Assembly (NCBI GenBank): GCA_964642275.1
Contig: CAZXOA010000003.1
Coordinates: 5,593-69,592 of the forward strand
Source: an uncultured Candidatus Saccharibacteria bacterium
GTDB taxonomy: Bacteria > Patescibacteriota > Saccharimonadia > Saccharimonadales > JACDBH01
Direction: 5' to 3'
Length of the DNA: 64,000 nt
This document shows, piece by piece, positions 49,545 to 59,042 of this stretch. Position 1 is the first letter of the stretch; the number at the start of each line of letters is the position of its first letter. The notes beneath the pieces are model-generated. The model ran no database searches and was not told where the DNA came from. It saw nothing but the letters and a program-made list of their open reading frames with translations. Position numbers and translations under genes: made by a program.

Positions 49545-50891
49545 ATGGCTTCACTTTCAAGTATCAAGTATCAAGTATCAAGTATGCCGAGGATATCCCT
49601 TTGGATATTTTTTAGCCTGCTGGCGTATATGCCGCTGCATATCTTTCTGTCGACATGGATCGGTACGAGTTTTGGGGTTTTGGATTTTGCAAAGATCGTC
49701 AAAGACGTAGTGTTAGTTATCGGCGCCCTGCTGATTGTTATCGCGAGTGTGCGCGAGCCGTGGTTCAAGACATTTCTGCGCGACAAGCTTGTGTGGCTTA
49801 TTGGCGGCTATGCTGCCTTAACACTCTGCATGGCACTCATCAAGCCGACTGATGCCGATGCCGAGGTGCTTGGCATTGTCTATAACATACGATTTCTGCT
49901 CTTCTTTGTGTATGCTTGGTTGCTTACTTATTTCTACCAAGTAGGATGGTTGCGGCGGACCGCTCTCAAGATAGTTCTCGGCATAGCAACTATCGTGATG
50001 CTGTTCGGGTTTGTGCAATACATGTGGCTGCCCGACAATGGGCTGGCGCACGTAGGCTATTCAAGAGAAAGCGGGGTTCTGCCAGCCTTTCATATTGATG
50101 ACAAGCCGGATCTGGAGCGCGTAATGTCTACTCTGCGGGATCCAAATTCATTTGGTTCGTATATCATTATTATCTTGGCAATCACCCTTGCCTACCTGAT
50201 GCGCACTAAGGATCGGGACCTAAAAAAGGCGCTAGCCGGGCTGGCCGTGCTTAGTGGGATGTGTTTACTGTTTACCTTCTCGAGGAGCGCCTGGCTTGGC
50301 GCTGTTGCTATGATACTGACAATCTTAGTGCTCCGGCTGAAGGCAGACGGCAGGCTGCGGTTTCACCCCGGTTGGGTAATAGGACTGGGCTTGGTTCTGT
50401 TCGTAACGATAGCCGGTCTCTATGCGGCGCGCGACACGTACTTTGTCAGGAACGTCATCTTTCATGCAGACAGCAGTACAGTGCTCGAGGATCCCAACCA
50501 GTTGAGGCTGCGGTTTTGGCGCGAGTCTATCGAATCTGCCGCTAAAAATCCTCTGGGCAACGGCCCTGGAACGGCCGGGCTGGCTTCTATCAGGAATGAA
50601 AAACAGGGTGTCGTATTGAATGAAAACTACTACCTGCAGATACTCCATGAGGTTGGTATTATCGGTCTGGCGCTGTTCGCTACAATTTTGGTAGTGGTAT
50701 TTTTGCGACTGATTCGCAATTATTCAGATCCGCTGACTGCTGGACTCATAGCTTCGTTCATTGGCCTTTTGCTGACAAACTTTCTTGTCCATATATGGGC
50801 AAACGAAGCAGTTGCCTATACGTGGTGGGGCTTGGCCGGGCTGGTCATACCAATGGTGGCTGCTAACAAACCAGCAAAGCGCCGCATTTGA
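49545..50891 (+). CDS. O-antigen ligase/polymerase-like (Wzy_C-type) polytopic membrane protein; start 49545 or 49584
   Basis: 448 aa, at least 10 TM. Characteristic LLFTFSRSAWLGAVAMIL segment and large loop ...RFWRESIESAAKNPLGNGPGTAG... Confidence 0.8.
   Translation: MASLSSIKYQVSSMPRISLWIFFSLLAYMPLHIFLSTWIGTSFGVLDFAKIVKDVVLVIGALLIVIASVREPWFKTFLRDKLVWLIGGYAALTLCMALIKPTDADAEVLGIVYNIRFLLFFVYAWLLTYFYQVGWLRRTALKIVLGIATIVMLFGFVQYMWLPDNGLAHVGYSRESGVLPAFHIDDKPDLERVMSTLRDPNSFGSYIIIILAITLAYLMRTKDRDLKKALAGLAVLSGMCLLFTFSRSAWLGAVAMILTILVLRLKADGRLRFHPGWVIGLGLVLFVTIAGLYAARDTYFVRNVIFHADSSTVLEDPNQLRLRFWRESIESAAKNPLGNGPGTAGLASIRNEKQGVVLNENYYLQILHEVGIIGLALFATILVVVFLRLIRNYSDPLTAGLIASFIGLLLTNFLVHIWANEAVAYTWWGLAGLVIPMVAANKPAKRRI
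49557..49585. repeat. heptanucleotide tandem repeat (T)CAAGTAT x4 at the 5' end of the O-antigen-ligase-like gene
   Basis: Read directly: t caagtat caagtat caagtat caagtat g. The last unit supplies the AT of the in-frame ATG at 49584. Confidence 0.95.
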
Positions 50892-50925
50892 TTGGCGCCG
50901 CCGGGGTGGTATGCTTAGTACTTAA

Positions 50926-51624
50926 ATGGCAGAGAAGCAAAAGAGATTTACTATAAGCCCCAGGCACGTGCTCGCTGTTGTCTCGGCTATATCGCTGTCA
51001 TTGGTATTGCTGCATGTTATGTTCCAGGCACTGTATCAAGTCGTTGGCATAGAGAAGGTAATCTTCCTGCGCGAACTGTTTGACCTAGAGCTTGAGGTGA
51101 GTATACCGACTTGGTATTCTCAGACGCAGTTGTTGCTTTGTGCTCTCTTTGCCGGCATGATTGCCCTGCATTTTTCGGTAACCAACAAGAAGCGAGACAA
51201 GAGAGCTTGGTTGCTTGTGACCGCACTCATGGTATTTCTATCTATTGATGAGGGCGGGGGTATTCACGAGCAGTCTATAGGCATTATTCAAAACAGCGAT
51301 CGGATTACAGGCACGGCCATCAATCCCTGGGTTGTATACGCGGTGCTGGTACTGGCGGTAGTCGGGGTGCTGTTCATAAGGTTCTTTATGCGCCTGCCGC
51401 GTAGGACGAAGGTTCTTGTTGCCGCCTCGGCCGTCATCTTTGTAACAGGCGCGTTCTTCATGGATATGGTCGGCGGCGGGTATGTGGACCGCCCTGCTCT
51501 ACATTCGTTGTTCTTCATCCCAGTTGAAGAAGGGTTGGAGCTGCTCGGTATTGCGTTGCTGACCTATGCTTTTGCCGATTATGCGAAACAGGCTGGTGTC
51601 AAGCTGTTCACTGAGTTTAAATAA
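50926..51624 (+). CDS. hypothetical polytopic membrane protein (232 aa)
   Basis: ORF track. About 6 hydrophobic helices. No family recognised. Confidence 0.6.
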   Translation: MAEKQKRFTISPRHVLAVVSAISLSLVLLHVMFQALYQVVGIEKVIFLRELFDLELEVSIPTWYSQTQLLLCALFAGMIALHFSVTNKKRDKRAWLLVTALMVFLSIDEGGGIHEQSIGIIQNSDRITGTAINPWVVYAVLVLAVVGVLFIRFFMRLPRRTKVLVAASAVIFVTGAFFMDMVGGGYVDRPALHSLFFIPVEEGLELLGIALLTYAFADYAKQAGVKLFTEFK

Positions 51625-51803
51625 GTATCCGAAGAGTACCAATATTACTAATTTCGAGTTCTGGAGTATTCTTGCGTGCCATGACACCCATCTTGTCGGA
51701 GTTGGCGAATGGCACAGAATGAGTGTGTTGGATACATTTGATGGAAGCAATTTACAAAATTGGTATACTCTAAGGTATAGAAGTGTTAAAGGAGATATAT
51801 AAG

Positions 51804-51974
51804 ATGTCGGAGCAGGCAGCTGAGGTAGGTTCATTTAAAGATTTTGAAGGGACCACAGACGAGTACACCCAAGCTCTTATCGCACACAGAGCTAGGCTGG
51901 CCGACTTGGCGGGCGTAACGCCTGAAAAGTTGCACATGATTAGCACTCCCGAGGCGACCCAGCGGGCATCGTAA
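51804..51974 (+). CDS. small hypothetical protein (56 aa)
   Basis: ATG 51804 preceded by strong SD AAAGGAGATATATAAG. Sequence MSEQAAEVGSFKDFEGTTDEYTQALIAHRARLADLAG... Confidence 0.45.
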   Translation: MSEQAAEVGSFKDFEGTTDEYTQALIAHRARLADLAGVTPEKLHMISTPEATQRAS

Positions 51975-52044
51975 CGCTCCCAAGTGATAAGAGGCTTCTA
52001 CGGGGAGCTAGCTGTACGTAAGACAGGTTTCTCTCGATAAAATT

Positions 52045-53181
52045 TCAGATGTTCTCAAGCTCGCTTTTGAGTGTCGCAGCTACTGTGTCCCAAGAGTAGT
52101 TTTTGAGGCGGGCGTTACCTTTGCTGACGAGTAACTCCCTAAGAGCGGGATCTTTCAGCGCCATTTCTAGTATCCTAGCAATAGACGCAGGGCTTTCTTT
52201 ATCAAAGTATAGGCTGGCATCGCCGGCTACCTCATGGAATACATCAATGTCGCTCAGGGCAGTTGGCAGCTGATGCTGCATAGCCTCCAATATCGGCATG
52301 CCGAATCCTTCGTAATGAGAAGGCATGACAAACAAGGTCGCATTATTATATAGCCATTCTTTTTCTGCATCACTAATATAACCGGACAAAATAATTCGGT
52401 AGCCTTTCTCTTGCAAAGCCTGGATGTAGGCAATGTCCTGCTCCATGTACCAGCCCATGCCGCCCGCGAGGACGAGCGCATAGGTATCTCGAATTTTCTT
52501 AGGCAAAGCCTCGTATCCCTTGACGAGTCCAATGACATTCTTTCTTGGCTCGAGAGTACTCACGAACAAGATGAACTTTCCCGCTAAGCCTTCAGGCCTT
52601 TGCGGCTTAACAGGGTGAGCGGCGGCAGGAGGTATTGGCGTGAGGACAAACTTAGAATCTGGCGTAGTGTAGTGCTTCTGGATGGCTCTTTTTGTGCTTT
52701 CTGATATGGTGATGACTCGAGCGGCTGCTTTAACAGACCGCGGTACAAACTTTGTCAGAAACCTCCTGTTCTGCTCGGCAACGAACTCAGGTACGTCAAT
52801 GTAGCAGAGATCGTGTACGGCCACGAACGTTGGAATTCGGAATATACTCGGGAGGGATACAAAATTGGGAAATACTGCCACATCACCGCGGGACTTGAAG
52901 AAGAGTTCCAGTGGAAGCTGGAGGCCAATACGCCGTAGCATATTCAGGATTTTTCCGGGTAAAATTCTCGACTCAACATAGGTTATATTGGGATGTCTCG
53001 GTAGTTCGAGATTCTTACGGCGTCCAAGAAAATTAAAGTAGTGGACTCTGAATTCTAGTTCGTCGGGGTACTTTGCAGCTAAGTTATCCAATACACGGTA
53101 GGTGTAGTAGCCCACGCCGGATTTGCTGCCATTTACTAGCGGTCCAGCGTCAAACAGAATCTTTAGCGGCTTATTTTTCAT
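52045..53181 (-). CDS. glycosyltransferase, GT4-like
   Basis: 378 aa. ...FVMPSHYEGFGMPILEAMQHQLPTALSD... motif region. Confidence 0.85.
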   Translation of the reverse strand: MKNKPLKILFDAGPLVNGSKSGVGYYTYRVLDNLAAKYPDELEFRVHYFNFLGRRKNLELPRHPNITYVESRILPGKILNMLRRIGLQLPLELFFKSRGDVAVFPNFVSLPSIFRIPTFVAVHDLCYIDVPEFVAEQNRRFLTKFVPRSVKAAARVITISESTKRAIQKHYTTPDSKFVLTPIPPAAAHPVKPQRPEGLAGKFILFVSTLEPRKNVIGLVKGYEALPKKIRDTYALVLAGGMGWYMEQDIAYIQALQEKGYRIILSGYISDAEKEWLYNNATLFVMPSHYEGFGMPILEAMQHQLPTALSDIDVFHEVAGDASLYFDKESPASIARILEMALKDPALRELLVSKGNARLKNYSWDTVAATLKSELENI

Positions 53182-54319
53182 ATAGGGGCAAAAACCTTTC
53201 TCTTACAATTGCCTCAAAATCAAAGTCAGCTTCAAATGTACGGCGGGCTGCCTCTCCATACTTTAGCCGCAATGTTTTTTGATTGGCAAACATCTCCATT
53301 GCGCTTCTGAGTGATTCGGTGTCGCGTTCTTTTATGAGAACTCCATTTTTGCCATTCTTGATTATCTCGGGATTGCCGCCTACGCTGCAGGTAATAATAG
53401 GTTTTCCAAGCATGGCGGCCTCAACGAGCGAAATACTGAAACCCTCATGATAACTCGGGTGCACGAAGATGTCTGCAGCCGCAACGTACGAAAGCGCATC
53501 TTCCGGAAACCCGAGAAAAGAGACGTGCTTATTGTTCTGTGCCATTTCTCTGAACCGAGCTTCTTCAGGCCCTTCCCCTAGAAGCCACAGCCGTGCATCT
53601 ATTTTCTTGTCTATGGATTGGAATGCTCCGATAAGTTCCCCGATACCCTTGGCGGTAACGAGCCGAGAGGTCGCAGCAAATACCAAGGCATCTTTGTCCG
53701 TACTGCTGCGAGGCATGGGTGCGATGGCTTTATCGTGTACGCCATTGTAAACAACAGTGAATTTGTCCGAGAGCGGACGTCCAAGATGATTTTCTATAAG
53801 CCGTTTCTCACTCAGGCTCACAAGCGTGATGTGATCGGCGAGCTTGCTTGCAAGATACACAAGCTTACCCACCGGGTTCTTGTACCAAATTCGGTGGTTC
53901 TGCCAGACGTACTTGAGATCGGCATGATCAGTCCAGACCACCTTCTTGAGCCACAACTTGCCAGCAAGGGTCGCAGCTATGAAATCGTCTCGGCTTTGCG
54001 GGTGCACAACAGCGGGCCGGTGGTAAGCTATCTTACCAAAGTACCAAATAAACAGAACTGCCTGCCACAGAATATACAAGGGGAGAAGAGCAACGCGTTT
54101 ACCGCTATAGTCCTGTTCGCTCAGCCAGGGTCCGCGCTTTGCCTCGATCTTCTCAGACGCAGCGAATTTGAGCAGCTTGGGGTTGCGCGATATTATTACT
54201 GGTTCGTAGTTTTGCCCGCGGAGTTCCTTGGCAAGATTAACAGGAAAACGCTCGCCGCCCCCAAAGTCATAAGCGAAGGCATTCCTGATGATGAGGATTC
54301 TCTTGGTCACATCTGTCAT
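53171..54319 (-). CDS. glycosyltransferase, GT4-like
   Basis: 382 aa. ...FVHPSYHEGFSISLVEAAMLGKPIITCSVGGNPEII... 11-nt overlap with the downstream GT4 gene. Confidence 0.85.
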   Translation of the reverse strand: MTDVTKRILIIRNAFAYDFGGGERFPVNLAKELRGQNYEPVIISRNPKLLKFAASEKIEAKRGPWLSEQDYSGKRVALLPLYILWQAVLFIWYFGKIAYHRPAVVHPQSRDDFIAATLAGKLWLKKVVWTDHADLKYVWQNHRIWYKNPVGKLVYLASKLADHITLVSLSEKRLIENHLGRPLSDKFTVVYNGVHDKAIAPMPRSSTDKDALVFAATSRLVTAKGIGELIGAFQSIDKKIDARLWLLGEGPEEARFREMAQNNKHVSFLGFPEDALSYVAAADIFVHPSYHEGFSISLVEAAMLGKPIITCSVGGNPEIIKNGKNGVLIKERDTESLRSAMEMFANQKTLRLKYGEAARRTFEADFDFEAIVRERFLPLYEK

Positions 54320-54355
54320 TATAGCCTTTCATCCTCTATAATACATGGGCAACGT

Positions 54356-55159
54356 ATGGTAAAACATTTTATCTCTAAGCAGAACAGAGCTTTGCTGTCT
54401 GAGCTAGTACGCACAGACTTTAAGCTGCGCTATCAGGGATCTGTTTTGGGTTATGCGTGGTCATTGTTGCGTCCGATATTCATGTTCTTGATACTCTATT
54501 TGGTATTTACTAGGTTTATTCGCTTAGGAAACAGTGTTCCACACTATCCTGTCTACTTGTTGCTTGGTATTGTGCTTTGGCAGTTCTTTGCCGACATGAC
54601 TAACCAAAGCCTAGGCTCGGTAGTGGGTCGTGGTGACCTTATTCGTAAGATACGCATTCCTCGCTGGATGATCGTACTTACGAGTAGCGTATCTGCTGTT
54701 ATTAATCTAGGCCTGAACCTGATCGTTTTCGGTATACTTATGGCTATCATTCAAGTACCGGTGACCATATCGGTTTTATGGCTTCCTCTCATATTACTGG
54801 AAATCTATATATTCGGTGTCGGTCTGGCATTATTCTTATCGGCTGCATATGTGAAATATCGTGATATCAGCTATATTTGGGACGTTGTTATGCAGGCAGG
54901 TTTTTATCTAACACCTATCATCTATCCACTTACAGTCATTGCCAGCGTAAAGGTGCAAAAGCTTCTGTTGTTGAGTCCAGTTGCCCAAGCCATACAAGAC
55001 GCTCGTAATGTATTGGTGACTACAGAAACAATTACTATTGCAAACGTCTGGGGTACACCGGCAGCCCGGCTTATTCCCCTGGCGATCAGCCTTGTCGTAT
55101 TGATTATCGGGGTGCTGTATTTTAAGAAAGAGTCTAAGTACTTTGCGGAGAATCTATAG
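54356..55159 (+). CDS. ABC-2 type polysaccharide/teichoic-acid exporter permease (TagG/Wzm-like)
   Basis: Start taken at MVKHFISKQNRALLSELVRTDFKLRYQGSVLGYAWSLLRP. The track ORF from 53618 is an antisense extension over the GT4 gene. Six TM. Confidence 0.85.
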   Translation: MVKHFISKQNRALLSELVRTDFKLRYQGSVLGYAWSLLRPIFMFLILYLVFTRFIRLGNSVPHYPVYLLLGIVLWQFFADMTNQSLGSVVGRGDLIRKIRIPRWMIVLTSSVSAVINLGLNLIVFGILMAIIQVPVTISVLWLPLILLEIYIFGVGLALFLSAAYVKYRDISYIWDVVMQAGFYLTPIIYPLTVIASVKVQKLLLLSPVAQAIQDARNVLVTTETITIANVWGTPAARLIPLAISLVVLIIGVLYFKKESKYFAENL

Positions 55160-56355
55160 TGGCTAGATCTGGTGAAGTTGCGGTTAGGGTTAGCAATGTT
55201 AGTAAAACATTCAAGCTGCCGCACGAGAAGCAGAACTCTATCAAAGGTTTGTTTGTGAATATGTTCCGCCGCAAGCGCACTTATGAAAAACAACAGGTTC
55301 TAAAAGATATCTCGCTTGAGGTGAAAAAGGGCGAATTCTTCGGCATCGTCGGACGTAATGGCAGCGGTAAAAGCACTCTACTCAAACTATTGGCCGGCAT
55401 ATACACTCAGGATAGCGGAAATATAGAAGTAAATGGCAAGCTTGTTCCGTTTATTGAGTTAGGGGTAGGCTTTAACCCAGAGCTTACAGGACGCGAGAAC
55501 ATATTTCTTAACGGTGCTCTGCTTGGCTTTAGCCGCAAGGAAATGGACTCAATGTACGACGATATCGTAGAGTTTGCTGAGCTAGAAAAGTTCATGGATC
55601 AAAAACTCAAAAACTATAGCTCTGGCATGCAGGTGCGTCTGGCATTTTCTATAGCCATACGTGCCCAAGGGGATATCCTTGTATTGGATGAAGTCCTCGC
55701 AGTTGGAGATGAGGCATTTCAACGTAAGTGCAATGAGTATTTTGACAAGATAAAAAAAGATGACACCAAGACAATTATCTTAGTAACTCACGGTATGGAT
55801 AGCGTGCGTAAATACTGTGATCGCGCGGTCATGATTCGTGATGGCAGGATTATTGTTGATGGGTCTCCGGAAGACATAGCAAACGAATATAGTCTTGAGA
55901 ATACTGTCTCCACGGCTGAGAGCGATGATGGCGAGTTTACCAAAGGCACTGTTGAAAATATTAAGGTAAAATTACTTTCCCCACGCAAAATATCCGAAAA
56001 AGAAATGGTTGAGGTGCGGGTGGGGTATCGTATGTTGAAAGACCAAAAAACACGGATTTTGCTTAACCTACTTGATATGGATAGGCAGGTGCCACTATAT
56101 GCCGGTTCAACTGAGTTGATAAGCGCTCGCGCTGGAGATACTGTCACAAAAACCTTCAGAATGGCGCTTACTGAGATAAACAATACAAATCTAAAGATAG
56201 CAATGACTATTCGTGACGAAGACAATGAGGTCGTAGCTTTCCCGCAGCAAAACACTCTCCCTGCTTTCATAGTGCGCCGGAGTGACTACAAGAGCCCTCT
56301 TCAGAAAAATAAAATCCCGTACGCTATCTTGCATAACCGAGGAGAATGGCAATAG
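55159..56355 (+). CDS. ABC exporter ATP-binding protein (TagH/Wzt-like) with extra C-terminal domain
   Basis: Walker A GIVGRNGSGKSTLL, signature YSSGMQVRL, Walker B ILVLDEVLAVGD. About 150-aa C-terminal extension. Confidence 0.9.
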   Translation: MARSGEVAVRVSNVSKTFKLPHEKQNSIKGLFVNMFRRKRTYEKQQVLKDISLEVKKGEFFGIVGRNGSGKSTLLKLLAGIYTQDSGNIEVNGKLVPFIELGVGFNPELTGRENIFLNGALLGFSRKEMDSMYDDIVEFAELEKFMDQKLKNYSSGMQVRLAFSIAIRAQGDILVLDEVLAVGDEAFQRKCNEYFDKIKKDDTKTIILVTHGMDSVRKYCDRAVMIRDGRIIVDGSPEDIANEYSLENTVSTAESDDGEFTKGTVENIKVKLLSPRKISEKEMVEVRVGYRMLKDQKTRILLNLLDMDRQVPLYAGSTELISARAGDTVTKTFRMALTEINNTNLKIAMTIRDEDNEVVAFPQQNTLPAFIVRRSDYKSPLQKNKIPYAILHNRGEWQ

Positions 56356-57551
56356 TGTCGGCCAAAGAGAACTGTGACGTCGCGGTAATATTTGATGACT
56401 TAACCGAGTTTTTTGCTATTCGCGGGGACATTGACGCTCTGATAAAAAAAGGTGTAAGTGTTGACATCCATGTAGCACCAAATAATAGCGAGGCAATGAG
56501 ACTGGACACACAAAGTAAAATAGAGGGCCTTGGATATCCAGTAATCAATAAGCCGGTTTACGGTAGGGAGTATAAGGTTCTTCTTGAGCCCTACCCTCTT
56601 CAATACAGTGAAGGAGTAAGGTTTGAGTTCCGGATAAAATACTCATATAGTGCGAGTTCGGCTAAGCCAGATCCGGTATTCTTGCCGGGGTGGAATTTAC
56701 CATATGACGCAACGATATCATACTCAAAAAGGGATGCCGAGATTCGGAGTGTCTACGGGAGAGCTCACTTGGTAAACTATACAAAATACAAAAAATTCCA
56801 AAAAAAGAGACACAAAGGTAAGCCCAATTTATTATATCTACCTACCTTTGGTGAGATTAGCTCAATCAGTAGATTCAATGACAAAGTAGTTCTGGACATC
56901 AAGAAAAAATACAACCTTATCGTTAAAGCACATCATGCAGTTCAATTTTCTGCGGGTGAGCAAGGCGGCTATAGCTTAATAAAGAAAATGGCGGACGAGT
57001 TCTATGATTCAGATACCCCATTAGAAAGCCTCCTTGCACGCGCTGATATGGTGCTATCTGATAATTCAGGGGCTATATTTGAAGCAATTTATTCTGAGAC
57101 ACCAGTGGCTGTCTTCTCGGATAAGCTTAACAAGCGGAAACTTGGTGGCATTAACACGCTCCAGTATAAGCTGGTCATGGAGGGCATAGTTCCGTGCGCT
57201 ACAAAACCAGGGGAGGTTATGAAGGTCCTTGACAGAGCGATGGAGCTATCTTCAAAGCAAAAGGGAGTTAAACTGCAGAACTTTACTGTAGTTGGTGGAG
57301 GCTCCTCTAATGAGTTTGTGTCAATCATCAGGGAATATCTCAACAAGGATAGAGAAGATGACGTCTATCTTATGTCGCATGATGTGTTATTAAAGGACTT
57401 TAACGAAAAGAATCACAGAATCCAGGCACTAGAGATACAGCTTCAGCAACTACACGTGAAGATAGTGGAGTATGAAAACTCTAAGAGCTGGAAAATTACG
57501 CGGCCACTACGTAAGATCAATAAGATCACAGGGAGAAAAAGGCATGATTAA
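56346..57551 (+). CDS. CDP-glycerol glycerophosphotransferase-like (TagF/TagB family) protein with C-terminal coiled coil
   Basis: ...KPNLLYLPTFGE...AHHAVQ...LLARADMVLSDNSGAIFEAIYSETPVAVF... layout resembles TagF-family catalytic domains. Adjacent to tagD. Confidence 0.6.
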   Translation: MAIVSAKENCDVAVIFDDLTEFFAIRGDIDALIKKGVSVDIHVAPNNSEAMRLDTQSKIEGLGYPVINKPVYGREYKVLLEPYPLQYSEGVRFEFRIKYSYSASSAKPDPVFLPGWNLPYDATISYSKRDAEIRSVYGRAHLVNYTKYKKFQKKRHKGKPNLLYLPTFGEISSISRFNDKVVLDIKKKYNLIVKAHHAVQFSAGEQGGYSLIKKMADEFYDSDTPLESLLARADMVLSDNSGAIFEAIYSETPVAVFSDKLNKRKLGGINTLQYKLVMEGIVPCATKPGEVMKVLDRAMELSSKQKGVKLQNFTVVGGGSSNEFVSIIREYLNKDREDDVYLMSHDVLLKDFNEKNHRIQALEIQLQQLHVKIVEYENSKSWKITRPLRKINKITGRKRHD

Positions 57552-57978
57552 GGATAAAAAGGTAATTGGCTATACATCAGGGGTATTTGACTTATTTCAT
57601 ATCGGTCATCTCAATCTATTGAGGAATGCTAAAGGTATGTGCGACAAACTTGTTGTTGGTGTAACAGTTGATGAGTTAGTAACATACAAAGGCAAGAAGG
57701 CCATGATGCCTTTTGAGGATCGTGCTGAGATTGTACGAGCGGTTAAATATGTTGATGCGGTAGTGCCGCAATATGACATGAATAAACTAGCAATGTGCAA
57801 GAAGCTCAAAGCCAATGTATTGTTTGTGGGCGATGATTGGTACGACACACCAAAGTGGCAGAAAATTGAGGAAGAATTAAAGGCACTTGGTGTAAAAGTT
57901 GTTTACTTCCCATATACCAAAGGAATTTCATCGACAAAAGTTACCTTGGCCCTAAAAGCAGGCAGAGGAGAAAAATAG
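57544..57978 (+). CDS. tagD: glycerol-3-phosphate cytidylyltransferase
   Basis: Start at MIKDKKVIGYTSGVFDLFHIGHLNLLRNAK (HxGH motif). 144 aa. Confidence 0.9.
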   Translation: MIKDKKVIGYTSGVFDLFHIGHLNLLRNAKGMCDKLVVGVTVDELVTYKGKKAMMPFEDRAEIVRAVKYVDAVVPQYDMNKLAMCKKLKANVLFVGDDWYDTPKWQKIEEELKALGVKVVYFPYTKGISSTKVTLALKAGRGEK

Positions 57979-59042
57979 TGGAAGTCGACAAACAGTTCTG
58001 TATGGCGAGCTATCTGCAATTTCGCAATATTGTTGATCCACGAAAAACTTTCAAAGAAGGCATCATACCAACAAGATTTCTGCCCACCAGACCGTTATAT
58101 CCAGTCGGTAATAAAGAAGAGCTAAAAAGCGCCATAAAAGACTACATAGAACCCCTATATGAAAATGCTGGTGACACGACCTTAATGCTCTCGGGCGGGA
58201 TGGATTCGGCAATCTTGGCGGCATTGGTGCCCAAGGGCACAAAGGCTTTTACCTTTCGCTCAAATACTCCCGGCACTACCGATGAAAGCCCCTTTGCTGC
58301 GGAGTATGCTAGGCAGAATGATTTAGAGCATGAAATAATTGATATTGATTGGCAGGATTTTTTGGACTATGCACCCGATTTAATGAGGCGAAAAGGTGCG
58401 CCGATACATTCTATTACCGTGCAGGTATATGTTGCTGCCAGGAAGGCTAGGGAGCAAGGGTATCTTAACCTGGTGTTTGGTGAGCTTGCAGATGCGATTT
58501 ACGGCGGTCTGTCTGATCTGCTGAGCAGGGATTGGACTGAGGAGCAGTTTATAGATAGATATTCTTTTGTTGATCCAATGGAGATACTGAAGGATGCTCA
58601 GCGTATCACATATCCTATCACGCGATACACAGATGAAAGTGGCATAGTTGATGTTCACGAGTTTATGGGTAGTGTTTTTTTGCCAGAATCTGCCGATAGC
58701 TACATAAGTGCTTGCGACACAGCTGGCGTTAAATTCGTGTCTCCTTATGCAGTGTCACGTATGTCTAAGCCGCTTGACCTAGAACGTGTACGCGGAGGCG
58801 AGAACAAATATATCATTCGTGAGCTGTTTGCCGAGCTTTATCCTGATGAGCAGCCACGTAAAAAACTGCCAATGCCTCGCGCGGTGGATCAATATCTTGC
58901 TGAGTGGGAGGGTCCAACTCGCCCAGAATTTCGCGAAGATATAGATTTGTCAAAATTGAGCGGAGACCAAAAGTGGTATATTTACTGTCTGGAGTGGTTC
59001 CTCAACATAATTGAGGAGGAAAAAAGTGGCCAGGATACTTAA
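57978..59042 (+). CDS. asparagine-synthetase-like PP-loop ATP pyrophosphatase domain protein (no glutaminase domain)
   Basis: SGGxDS motif in TLMLSGGMDSAILAAL. 354 aa. Confidence 0.7.
   Translation: MEVDKQFCMASYLQFRNIVDPRKTFKEGIIPTRFLPTRPLYPVGNKEELKSAIKDYIEPLYENAGDTTLMLSGGMDSAILAALVPKGTKAFTFRSNTPGTTDESPFAAEYARQNDLEHEIIDIDWQDFLDYAPDLMRRKGAPIHSITVQVYVAARKAREQGYLNLVFGELADAIYGGLSDLLSRDWTEEQFIDRYSFVDPMEILKDAQRITYPITRYTDESGIVDVHEFMGSVFLPESADSYISACDTAGVKFVSPYAVSRMSKPLDLERVRGGENKYIIRELFAELYPDEQPRKKLPMPRAVDQYLAEWEGPTRPEFREDIDLSKLSGDQKWYIYCLEWFLNIIEEEKSGQDT

Noticed and set aside
53618-54355. N-terminal 246 codons of the 513-aa track ORF
   Set aside because: This part runs antisense across the well-supported GT4 gene (53171-54319). 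The recognisable ABC-2 permease sequence begins at the internal ATG 54356.
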